Below are positions 50,401-62,974 of a DNA stretch of 64,000 bases, piece after piece. How positions within the stretch are numbered: the stretch's first letter is position 1; each line of letters opens with the position of its first letter. The position numbers were made by a program, and so were the translations under genes. Source of the DNA: Heptranchias perlo (Eukaryota); the NCBI RefSeq assembly GCF_035084215.1, contig NW_027139821.1:1-64000 (forward strand), read 5' to 3'. Below the pieces are notes generated by a model. The model had not been told where the DNA came from. It saw nothing but the letters and a program-made list of their open reading frames with translations, and did no database searches.

Positions 50401-53400
50401 TCACTCACCGACTCTCACTCCCCCCCTCACTCACCGACTCTCAGTCCCCCCTCACTCACCGACTCAGTCCCCCCCTCACTCACCGACTCTCACTCCCCCC
50501 CCTCACTCACCGATTCTCACTCCCCCCTCACTAACCGACACCCACTCCCCCCTCACTCCCCGACTCTCACTCCCCCCCTCACTCACCGACTCTCAGTCCC
50601 CCCCTCACTCACCGACTCTCAGTCCCCCCTCACTCACCGACTCTCGGTGCCCCCCTCACTCACCGACTCTCAGTCCCTCCCTCACTCACCGACTCTCACT
50701 CCCCCCCTCACTCACCGACTCTCAGTCACCCCTCACTCACCGACTCTCACTCCCCCCCTCACGCACCGACTCTCAGTTCACCCCTCACTCACCGACTCTC
50801 ACTCCCCCCCTCACTCACCGTCTCTCAGTCCCCCCCTCACTCACCGACTCTCACTCCCCCCCTCACTCACCGACTCTCACTCCCCCCCTCACTCACCGAC
50901 TCTCACTCCCCCCCTCACTCACCGACTCTCAGTTCACCCCTCACTCACCGACTCTCACTCCCCCCCTCACTCACCGACTCTCAGTCCCCCCCCTCACTCA
51001 CCGACTCTCAGTTCACCCCTCACTCACCGACTCTCACTCCCCCCCTCACTCACCGTCTCTCAGTCCCCCCCTCACTCACCGACTCTCACTCCCCCCCTCA
51101 CTCACCGACTCTCACTCCCCCCCTCACTCACCGACTCTCACTACCCCCTCACTCACCGACTCTCAGTCCCCCCTCACTCACCGACTCTCAGTCCCCCCTC
51201 ACTCACCGACTCTCACTCCCCCCTCACTCACCGACTCAGTCCCCCCCCTCACTCACCGACTCAGTCCCCCCCTCACTCACCGACTCTCACTCCCCCCCTC
51301 ACTCACCGACTCTCAGTCCCCCCCCTCACTCACCGACTCTCACTCCCCCCCTCACTCACCGACTCTCAGTCCCCCCTCACTCACCGACTCTCACTCCCCC
51401 CTCACTCACCGACTCTCACTCCCCCCCTCACTCACCGACTCTCACTCCCCCCCTCACTCACCGACTCTCACTCCCCCCTCACTCACCGACTCTGAGTCCC
51501 CCCCTCACCCACCGACTCTCACTCCCCCCTCACTCACCGACACCCACTCCCCCCTCACTCACCGACTCTCAGTCCCTCCCTCAATCACCGACTCTCAGTC
51601 CCTCCCTCACTCACCGACTCTCACTCCCCCCCTCACTCACCGACACTCAGTTCACACCTCACTCACCGACTCTCACTCCCCCCCTCACTCACCGACTCTC
51701 ACTGCCCCCTCACTCACCGACTCTGAGTCCCCCCCTCACTCACCGACTCTCACTCCCCCCTCACTCACCGACTCTGAGTCCCCCCCTCACTCACCGACTC
51801 TCACTCCCCCCTCACTCACCGACTCAGTCCCCCCCTCACTCACCGACTCTCACTCCCCCCCTCACTCACCGATTCTCACTCCCCCTTCACTCACCGACAC
51901 CCACTCCCCCCTCACTCCCCGACTCTCACTCCCCCCCTCACTCACCGACTCTCAGTCCCCCCTCATTCACCGACTCTCACTCCCCCCTCACTCACCGACT
52001 CACAGTCCCCACTCACTCACCGACTCTCAGTGCCCCCCTCAATCACCGACTCTCACTCCCCCCCTCACTCAACCAACTCTCACTCCCCCCCTCACTCACC
52101 GACTCTCAGTCCCTCCCTCACTCACCGACTCTCACTCCCCCCCTCACTCACCGACTCTCAGTCCCCCCTCACTCACCGACTCAGTCCCCCCCTCACTCAC
52201 CGACTCTCACTCCCCCCCTCACTCACCGATTCTCACTCCCCCCTCACTAACCGACACCCACTCCCCCCTCACTCCCCGACTCTCACTCCCCCCCTCACTC
52301 ACCGACTCTCAGTCCCCCCTCACTCACCGACTCTCAGTCCCCCCTCACTCACCGACTCTCGGTGCCCCCCTCACTCACCGACTCTCAGTCCCTCCCTCAC
52401 TCACCGACTCTCACTCCCCCCCTCACTCACCGACTCTCAGTCACCCCTCACTCACCGACTCTCACTCCCCCCCTCACGCACCGACTCTCAGTTCACCCCT
52501 CACTCACCGACTCTCACTCCCCCCCTCACTCACCGTCTCTCAGTCCCCCCCTCACTCACCGACTCTCACTCCCCCCCTCACTCACCGACTCTCACTCCCC
52601 CCCTCACTCACCGACTCTCACTCCCCCCCTCACTCACCGACTCTCAGTTCACCCCTCACTCACCGACTCTCACTCCCCCCTCACTCACCGACTCTCAGTC
52701 CCCCCCCTCACTCACCGACTCTCAGTTCACCCCTCACTCACCGACTCTCACTCCCCCCCTCACTCACCGTCTCTCAGTCCCCCCCTCACTCACCGACTCT
52801 CACTCCCCCCCTCACTCACCGACTCTCACTCCCCCCCTCACTCACCGACTCTCACTCCCCCCCTCACTCACCGACTCTCAGTTCACCCCTCACTCACCGA
52901 CTCTCACTCCCCCCTCACTCACCGACTCTCAGTCCCCCCCCTCACTCACCGACTCTCCGTCCCCCCCTCACTCACCGACTCTCACTCCCCCCTCACTCAC
53001 CGACACCCACTCGCCCCTCACTCACCGACACTCACTCCCCCCCCTCACTCACCGACTCTCACTCCCCTCCTCACTCACCGACTCTCAGTCCCCCCCTCAC
53101 TCACCGACTCTCACTCCCCCCCTCATACACCGACTCTCAGTCCCTCCCTCACTCACTGACTCTCACTCCCCCCTCACTCACCGACTCTCAGTGCCCCCCT
53201 CAATCACCGACTCTCAGTCCCTCCCTCACTCACCGACTCTCACTCCCCCCCCTCACTCACCGACTCTCACTCCCCCCCTCACTCACCGACTCTCAGACCC
53301 TCCCTCACTCACCGACTCTCATTCCCCCCTCACGCACCGACTCTCACTCCCCCCTCACTCACCGACTCTCTGTCCCCCGCCCCTTACTCACCGACTCTCA

Positions 53401-56400
53401 CTCCCCCCTCACTCACCGACTCTCAGTCCCCCCCTCACTCACCGACTCTCAGTCCCTCCCTCACTCACCGACTCTCACTCCCCCCCTCACTCACCGACTC
53501 TCAGTCCCCCCTCACTCACCGACTCTCACTCCCCCCTCACTCACCGACTCTCAGTTCACCCCTCACTCACCGACTCTCAGTCCCCCCCTCACTCACCGAC
53601 TCTCACTCCCCCCTCACTCACCGACACCCACTCCCCCCTCACTCACCGACTCTCACTCCCCCCTCACTCACCGACTCAGTCCCCCCCTCACTCACCGAAT
53701 CTCACTCCCCCCCTCACTCACCGACTCTCACTCCCCCCTCACTCACCGACACCCACTCCCCCCTCACTCACCGACTCTCACTCCCCCCTCACTCACCGAC
53801 TCAGTCCCCCCCTCACTCACCGACACTCACTCCCCCCTCACTCACCGACACCCACTCCCCCCTCACTCAGCGACTCTCACTCCCCCCCTCATACACCGAC
53901 TCTCAGTCCCTCCCTCACTCACTGACTCTCACTCCCCCCTCACTCACCGTCTCTCACTCCCCCCTCACTCAACGACTCTCAGTCCCCCTCTCACTCACCG
54001 ACTCTCACTCCCCCGCTCACTCACCGACTCTCAGTCCCCCCTCACTCACCGACTCTCACTCCCCCCCCTCACTCACCGACTCTCAGTTCACCCCTCACTC
54101 ACCGACTCTCACTCCCCCCCTCACTCACCGACTCTCACTCACCGACTCTCAGTCCCCCCCTCACTCACCGACTCAGTCCCCCCCTCACTCACTGACTCTC
54201 ACTCCCCCCCTCACTCACCGACTCTCAGTCCCCCCCTCAATCACCGACTCTCAGTCCCTCCCTCACTCACCGACTCTCACTCCCCCCCTCACTCACCGAC
54301 TCTCAGTCCCTCCCTCACTCACCGACTCTGACTCCCCCCCTCACTCACCGACTCTCAGTCCCCCCCCCTCACTCACCGACTCTCACTCCCCCCTCACTCA
54401 CCGACTCTCAGTCTCCCCCTCACTCACCGACTCTCAGTGCCCCCCTCAATCACCGACTCTCACTCCCCCCCTCACTCACCGACTCTCAGTCCCCCCCTCA
54501 CTCACCGACTCTCAGTCCCCCCTCACTCACCGTCTCTCACTCCCCCCTCACTCACCGACTCTCAGTGCCCCCCTCAATCACCGACTCTCAGTCCCTCCCT
54601 CACTCACCGACTCTCACTCCCCCCCTCACTCACCGACTCTCAGTCCCCCCTCACTCACCGACTCTCACTCCCCCCCTCACTCACCGACTCTCAGTGCCCC
54701 CCTCAATCACCGACTCTCAGTCCCTCCCTCACTCACCGACTCTCACTCCCCCCCTCACTCACCGACTCTCAGTCCCCCCTCACTCACCGACTCTCACTCC
54801 CCCCCTCACTCACCGACACTCAGTTCACCCCTCACTCACCGACTCTCACTCCCCCCCTCACTCACCGACTCTCACTCCCGCCTCACTCACCGACTCTCAG
54901 TCCCCCCCCCCTCACTCACCGACTCTCAGTCCCCCCCTCACTCACCGACTCTCACTCCCCCCTCACTCACCGACACCCACTCCCCCCTCACTCACCGACA
55001 CTCACTCCTCCCTCACTCACCGACTCAGTCCCCCCCTCACTCACCGAATCTCACACCCCCCTCACTCACCGACACCCACTCCCCCCCCTCACTCACCGAC
55101 TCTCACTCCCCCCTCACTCACCGACACCCACTCCCCCCCTCACTCACCGACACTCACTCCCCCCTCACTCACCGACTCTCAGTCCCCCCCTCACTCACCG
55201 ACTCTCACTCCCCCCCTCACTCACCGACTCTCACTCCTCCCCTCAATCACCGACTCTCAGTCCCCCCCTCACTCACCGACTCTCACTCCCCCCCTCACTC
55301 ACCGACTCTCACTCCCCCCTCACTCACCGACTCTCAGTCCCCCCCTCACTCACCGACTCTCACTCCCCCCCCTCACTCACCGACTCTCACTCCCCCCTCA
55401 CTCACCGACTCTCAGTCCCCCCCTCACTCACCGACTCTCACTCCCCCCCTCACTCACCGACTCTCACTCCTCCCCTCAATCACCGACTCTCAGTCCCTCC
55501 CTCACTCACCGACTCTCACTCCCCCCCCTCACTCACCGACACTCAGTTCACCCCTCACTCACCGACTCTCACTCCCCCCCTCACTCACCGACTCTCACTG
55601 CCCCCTCACTCACCGACTCTGAGTCCCCCCCTCACTCACCGACTCTCACTCCCCCCTCACTCACCGACTCTGAGTCCCCCCCCTCACTCACCGACTCTCA
55701 CTCCCCCCCTCACTCACCGACTCAGTCCCCCCCTCACTCACCGACTCTCACTCCCCCCCTCACTCACCGATTCTCACTCCCCCTTCACTCACCGACACCC
55801 ACTCCCCCCTCACTCCCCGACTCTCACTCCCCCCCTCACTCACCGACTCTCAGTCCCCCCTCATTCACCGACTCTCACTCCCCCCTCACTCACCGACTCT
55901 CAGTCCCCACTCACTCACCGACTCTCAGTGCCCCCCTCAATCACCGACTCTCACTCCCCCCCTCACTCACCGACTCTCACTCCCCCCCTCACTCACCGAC
56001 TCTCAGTCCCTCCCTCACTCACCGACTCTCACTCCCCCCCTCACTCACCGACTCTCAGTCCCCCCTCACTCACCGACTCTCAGTCCCCCCTCACTCACCG
56101 ACTCTCAGTGCCCCCCTCAATCACCGACTCTCAGTCCCTCCCTCACTCACCGACTCTCACTCCCCCCCTCACTCACCGACTCTCAGTTCCTCCCTCACTC
56201 ACCGACTCTCACTCCCCCCCTCACTCACCGACTCTCAGTCCCCCCTCACGCACCGACTCCCACTCCCCCCCTCACTCACCGTCTCTCAGTCCCCCCCTCA
56301 CTCACCGACTCTCACTCCCCCCCTCACTCACCGACTCTCACTCCCCCCCTCACTCACCGACTCTCACTCCCCGACTCTCAGTTCACCCCTCACTCACCGA

Positions 56401-59400
56401 GTCTCACTCCCCCCTCACTCACCGACTCTCAGTCCCCCCCCTCACTCACCGACTCTCCGTCCCCCCCTCACTCACCGACTCTCACTCCCCCCTCACTCAC
56501 CGACACCCACTCGCCCCTCACTCACCGACACTCACTCCCCCCCTCACTCACCGACTCTCACTCCCCTCCTCACTCACCGACTCTCAGTCCCCCCCTCACT
56601 CACCGACTCTCACTCCCCCCCTCATACACCGACTCTCAGTCCCTCCCTCACTCACTGACTCTCACTCCCCCCTCACTCACCGACTCTCAGTGCCCCCCTC
56701 AATCACCGACTCTCAGTCCCTCCCTCACTCACCGACTCTCACTCCCCCCCTCACTCACCGACTCTCACTCCCCCCCTCACTCACCGACTCTCAGACCCTC
56801 CCTCACTCACCGACTCTCATTCCCCCCCTCACTCACCGACTCTCACTCCCCCCTCACTCACCGACTCTCTGTCCCCCGCCCCTCACTCACCGACTCTCAC
56901 TCCCCCCTCACTCACCGACTCTCAGTCCCCCCCTCACTAACCGACTCTCAGTGCCCCCCTCAATCACCGACTCTCAGTCCCTCCCTCACTCACCGACTCT
57001 CACTCCCCCCTCACTCACCGACTCTCAGTTCACCCCTCACTCACCGACTCTCAGTCCCCCCCTCACTCACCGACTCTCACTCCCCCCTCACTCACCGACA
57101 CCCACTCCCCCCTCACTCACCGACTCTCACTCCCCCCTCACTCACCGACTCAGTCCCCCCCTCACTCACCGAATCTCACTCCCCCCCTCACTCACCGACT
57201 CTCACTCCCCCCTCACTCACCGACACCCACTCCCCCCTCACTCACCGACTCTCACTCCCCCCTCACTCACCGACTCAGTCCCCCCCTCACTCACCGACAC
57301 TCACTCCCCCCTCACTCACCGACTCTCACTCCCCCCTCACTCACCGACTCAGTCCCCCCCTCACTCACCGACACTCACTCCCCCCTCACTCACCGACACT
57401 CACTCCCCCCTCACTCAGCGACTCTCACTCCCCCCCTCATACACCGACTCTCAGTCCCTCCCTCACTCACTGACTCTCACTCCCCCCTCACTCACCGTCT
57501 CTCACTCCCCCCTCACTCAACGACTCTCAGTCCCCCTCTCACTCACCGACTCTCACTCCCCCGCTCACTCACCGACTCTCAGTCCCCCCTCACTCACCGA
57601 CTCTCACTCCCCCCCTCACTCACCGACTCTCAGTTCACCCCTCACTCACCGACTCTCACTCCCCCCCTCACTCACCGACTCTCACTCACCGACTCTCAGT
57701 CCCCCCCTCACTCACCGACTCAGTCCCCCCCTCACTCACTGACTCTCACTCCCCCCTCACTCACCGACTCTCAGTCCCCCCCTCAATCACCGACTCTCAG
57801 TCCCTCCCTCACTCACCGACTCTCACTCCCCCCCTCACTCACCGACTCTCAGTCCCTCCCTCACTCACCGACTCTGACTCCCCCCCTCACTCACCGACTC
57901 TCAGTCCCCCCCCCCTCACTCACCGACTCTCACTCCCCCCTCACTCACCGACTCTCAGTCTCCCCCTCACTCACCGACTCTCACTCCCCCCCTCACTCAC
58001 CGACTCTCAGTCCCCCCCTCAATCACCGACTCTCAGTCTCCCCCTCACTCACCGACTCTCAGTCCCCCCCTCACTCACCGACTCTCAGTCCCCCCTCACT
58101 CACCGACTCTCACTCCCCCCCTCACTCACCGTCTCTCACTCCCCCCTCACTCACCGACTCTCAGTGCCCCCCTCAATCACCGACTCTCAGTCCCTCCCTC
58201 ACTCACCGACTCTCACTCCCCCCCTCACTCACCGTCTCTCACTCCCCCCTCACTCACCGACTCTCAGTGCCCCCCTCAATCACCGACTCTCAGTGCCCCC
58301 CTCACTCACCGACTCTCACTCCCCCCCTCACTCACCGACTCTCAGTCCCCCCTCACTCACCGACTCTCACTCCCCCCTCACTCACCGACTCTCAGTCCCC
58401 CCCTCACTCACCGACTCTCAGTCCCCCCTCACTCACCGACTCTCACTCCCCCCTCACTCACCGACTCTCACTCCCCCCCTCACTCACCGACACTCAGTTC
58501 ACCCCTCACTCACCGACTCTCACTCCCCCCCTCACTCACCGACTCTCACTCCCCCCCTCACTCACCGACTCTCACTCCCCCCCCTCACTCACCGACTCTC
58601 ACTCCCCCCTCACTCACCGTCTCTCAGTCCCCCCTCACTCACCGACACTCACTCCACCCCCTCACTCACCGTCTCTCACTCCACCCCCTCACTCACCGTC
58701 TCTCAGTCCCCCCCTCTCTCACCGACTCTCACTCCCCCCTCACTCACCGACTCTCACTCCCCCCTCACTCACCGACTCTCAGTCCCCCCTCACTCACCGA
58801 CTCTCACTCCCCCCCTCACTCACCGACTCTCACTCCCCCCTCACTCACCGACTCTCACTCCCCCCTCACTCACCGACTCTCAGTCCCCCCCTCACTCACC
58901 GACTCTCACTCCCCCCCTCACTCACCGACTCTCACTCACCGACTCTCACTCCCCCCTCACTCACCGACTCTCAGTCCCCCCCTCACTCACTGACTCTCAC
59001 TCCCCCCCCACTCACCGACTCTCACTCCCCCCCTCACTCACCGACTCTCACTCCCCCCCTCACTCACCGACTCTCACTCCCCCCCCTCACTCACCGACTC
59101 TCACTCCCCCCCTCACTCACCGTCTCTCAGTCCCCCCTCACTCACCGACACTCACTCCACCCCCTCACTCACCGTCTCTCACTCCACCCCCTCACTCACC
59201 GTCTCTCACTCCACCCCCTCACTCACCGACTCTCACTCCCCCCCCTCACTCACCGACTCTCAGTCCCCCCCTCACTCACCGACTCTCAGTCTCCCCCTCA
59301 CTCACCGACTCTCACTCCCCCCCTCACTCACCGACTCTCAGTCCCCCCCTCAATCACCGACTCTCAGTCTCCCCCTCACTCACCGACTCTCAGTCCCCCC

Positions 59401-62400
59401 CTCACTCACCGACTCTCAGTCCCCCCTCACTCACCGACTCTCACTCCCCCCCTCACTCACCGTCTCTCACTCCCCCCTCACTCACCGACTCTCAGTGCCC
59501 CCCTCAATCACCGACTCTCAGTCCCTCCCTCACTCACCGACTCTCACTCCCCCCCTCACTCACCGACTCTCAGTCCCCCCCTCACTCACCGACTCTCAGT
59601 GCCCCCCTCAATCACCGACTCTCAATCCCTCCCTCACTCACCGACTCTCACTCCCCCCTCACTCACCGACTCTCACTCCCCCCCTCACTCACCGACACTC
59701 AGTTCACCCCTCACTCACCGACTCTCACTCCCCCCCTCACTCACCGACTCTCACTCCCCCCCTCACTCACCGACTCTCACTCCCCCCCTCACTCACCGAC
59801 TCTCACTCCCCCCTCACTCACCGTCTCTCAGTCCCCCCTCACTCACCGACACTCACTCCACCCCCTCACTCACCGTCTCTCACTCCACCCCCTCACTCAC
59901 CGTCTCTCAGTTCCCCCCCTCACTCACCGACTCTCACTCCCCCCCTCACTCACCGACTCTCACTCCCCCCTCACTCACCGACTCTCACTCCCCCCTCACT
60001 CACCGACTCTCAGTCCCCCCCTCACTCACCGACTCTCACTCCCCCCCCTCACTCACCGACTCTCACTCACCGACTCTCACTCCCCCCTCACTCACCGACT
60101 CTCAGTCCCCCCCTCACTCACTGACTCTCACTCCCCCCCCACTCACCGACTCTCACTCCCCCCCTCACTCACCGACTCTCACTCCCCCCCTCACTCACCG
60201 ACTCTCACTCCCCCCCTCACTCACCGACTCTCACTCCCCCCTCACTCACCGTCTCTCAGTCCCCCCTCACTCACCGACACTCACTCCACCCCCTCACTCA
60301 CCGTCTCTCACTCCACCCCCTCACTCACCGTCTCTCACTCCACCCTCACTCACCGACTCTCACTCCCCCCTCACTCACCGACTCTCACTCCCCCCCCTCA
60401 CTCACCGACTCTCAGTCCCCCCCTCACTCACCGACTCTCACTCCCCCCCTCACTCACCGACTCTCACTCCCCCCTCACTCACCGACTCTCAGTCCCCCCC
60501 TCACTCACCGACTCTCAGTCCCCCCTCACTCACCGTCTCTCACTCCACCCCCTCACTCACCGTCTCTCAGTCCCCCCCTCACTCACCGACTCTCACTCCC
60601 CCCCCTCACTCACCGACTCTCAGTCCCCCCCTCACTCACCGACTCTCAGTCCCCCCCTCACTCACCGACTCTCACTCCCCCCTCACTCACCGACTCTCAG
60701 TCCCCCCCTCACTCACCGACTCTCAGTCCCCCCCGTCACTCACCGACTCTCACTCCCCCCTCACTCACCGACTCTCACTCCCCCCCCTCACTCACCGACT
60801 CTCACTCCCCCCCCACTCACCGACTCTCACTCCCCCCCTCACTCACCGACTCTCACTCCCCCCCTCACTCACTGATTCTCACTCCCCCCCCACTCACCGA
60901 CTCTCACTCCCCCCCTCACTCACCGACTCTCACTCCCCCCCTCACTCACCGACTCTCACTCCCCCCCTCACTCACCGACTCTCACTCCCCCCCCACTCAC
61001 CGACTCTCACTCCCCCCCTCACTCACCGACTCTCACTCCCCCCCTCACTCACCGACTCTCACTCCCCCCCTCACTCACCGACTCTCACTCCCCCCCTCAC
61101 TCACCGACTCTCACTCCCCCCCTCACTCACCGACTCTCACTCCCCCCTCACTCACCGACTCTCAGTTCCCCCCTCACTCACCGACTCTCACTCCCCCCCT
61201 CACTCACCGACTCTCACTCCCCCCCTCACTCACCGACTCTCACTCCCCCCCTCACTCACCGACACTCACTCCACCCCCTCACTCACCGTCTCTCAGTCCC
61301 CCCCTCACTCACCGACTCTCACTCCCCCCCTCACTCACCGACTCTCACTCCCCCCCTCACTCACCGACTCTCACTCCCCCCCTCACTCACCGACGTTCAC
61401 TCCCCCCTCACTCACCGACTCTCACTCCCCCCTCACTCACCGACTCTCAGTCCCCCCCTCACTCACCGACTCTCAGTCCCCCCTCACTCACCGACTCTCA
61501 GTCCCCCCCTCACTCACTGACTCTCACTCCCCCCTCACTCACCGACTCTCACTCCCCCCTCACTCACCGACTCTCACTCCCCCCCTCACTCATCGACTCT
61601 CACTCCCCCCCTCACTCACTGATTCTCAGTCCCCCCTCACTCACTGACTCTCACTCCCCCCCCACTCACCGACTCTCACTCCCCCCCTCACTCACCGACT
61701 CTCACTCCCCCCCTCACTCACCGACTCTCACTCCCCCCCTCACTCACCGACTCTCACTCCCCCCTCACTCACCGTCTCTCAGTCCCCCCTCACTCACCGA
61801 CACTCACTCCACCCCCTCACTCACCGTCTCTCAGTCCCCCCCTCACTCACCGACTCTCACTCCCCCCCTCACTCACCGACTCTCACTCTCCCCCTCACTC
61901 ACCGACTCAGTCCCCCCCTCACTCACCGACTCTCAGTCCCCCCCTCACTCACCGACTCTCAGTCCCCCCCTCACTCACCGACTCTCACTCCCCCCTCACT
62001 CACCGACTCTCAGTCCCCCCCTCACTCACCGACTCTCAGTCCCCCCTCACTCACCGACTCTCACTCCCCCCCCACTCACCGACTCTCACTCCCCCCCTCA
62101 CTCATCGACTCTCACTCCCCCCCTCACTGATCGACTCTCACTCCCCCCTCACTCACCGACTCTCGCTCCCCCCCTCACTCATCGACTCTCACTCCCCCCC
62201 TCACTGATCGACTCTCACTCCCCCCTCACTCACCGACTCTCAGTCCCCCCTCACTCACCGACTCTCACTCCGCCCCCTCACTCACCGACTCTCTCTCCCC
62301 CCCTCACTCACCGACTCTCACTCCCCCCTCACTCACCGACACCCACTCCCCCCTCACTCACCGACTCTCACTCCCCCCTCACTCACCGACTCTCAGTCCC

Positions 62401-62592
62401 CCCCTCACTCACCGACTCTCAGTCCCCCCCTCACTCACCGACTCTCAGTCCCCCCTCACTCACCGACTCTCAGTCCCCCCCTCACTCACTGACTCTCACT
62501 CCCCCCCCACTCACCGACTCTCACTCCCCCCCTCACTCATCGACTCTCACTCCCCCCCTCACTCATCGACTCTCACTCCCATCCTCACTCAC
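44493..62592. repeat. ~18 kb ~26-bp satellite (CTCACTCACCGACTCTCA[C/G]TCCCCCC)n filling the alpha2-alpha3 intron
   Basis: Continuous tandem array of roughly 700 units with variable C-run; runs up to the alpha2 donor. Confidence 0.98.
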
Positions 62593-62865
62593 CGGCCCTC
62601 AGTTCCCTCTTTCCGTAGTCGAGGTATTTCCTCAGCCACTCGATGCACTCCTCCTCCAGGTATCCCTTCCACCGCTGGTTCCAGGCCCTGTCCTGGTCCC
62701 ACTTGTTCTTGGTGATCTCTCCCCACTGTACCGGTGTTACCCACACCATGTGTTCCAGATCGAAGCTGATGAAATCCTTCCCGTCCCAGCTGTCCTGATA
62801 GAACCCTCTCGTGGTCCCATCATTCCCCAGCTCACAGCCGTACATCACCTGGATCGTGTGGATTC
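62593..62865 (-). CDS. UAA: MHC class I heavy chain, alpha2 exon (classical/UAA-like)
   Basis: Acceptor ttgattgacAG|GAATCCAC, donor GCCG|GTGAGT, 273 nt, phase 1. Translates GIHTIQVMYGCELG..DGKDFISFD..TKNKW..GYLEEECIEWLRKYL, with the C101/C164 pair and anchors T143, K146, W147, Y159, Y171 (HLA-A2 numbering, aligned by eye). Symbol tentative because alpha1 is not in the window. Confidence 0.95.
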
Positions 62866-62974
62866 CTGTCAATCAAACACAGGGGGTCAGTCAGACCCAC
62901 ACCCCCCGGCTCACTGGCAACCCCCCAGGGTCAGGGGTCAGGGGTTAGAGATGGGGAATGCTGCGGAGTGATCA

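Noticed and set aside
44435-61647. Very long Pro/Ser/Thr/His-rich ORFs (up to 1126 aa) resembling mucins or extensins
   Set aside because: Translations of a stop-poor 26-bp satellite; open in several frames at once and antisense within an intron.
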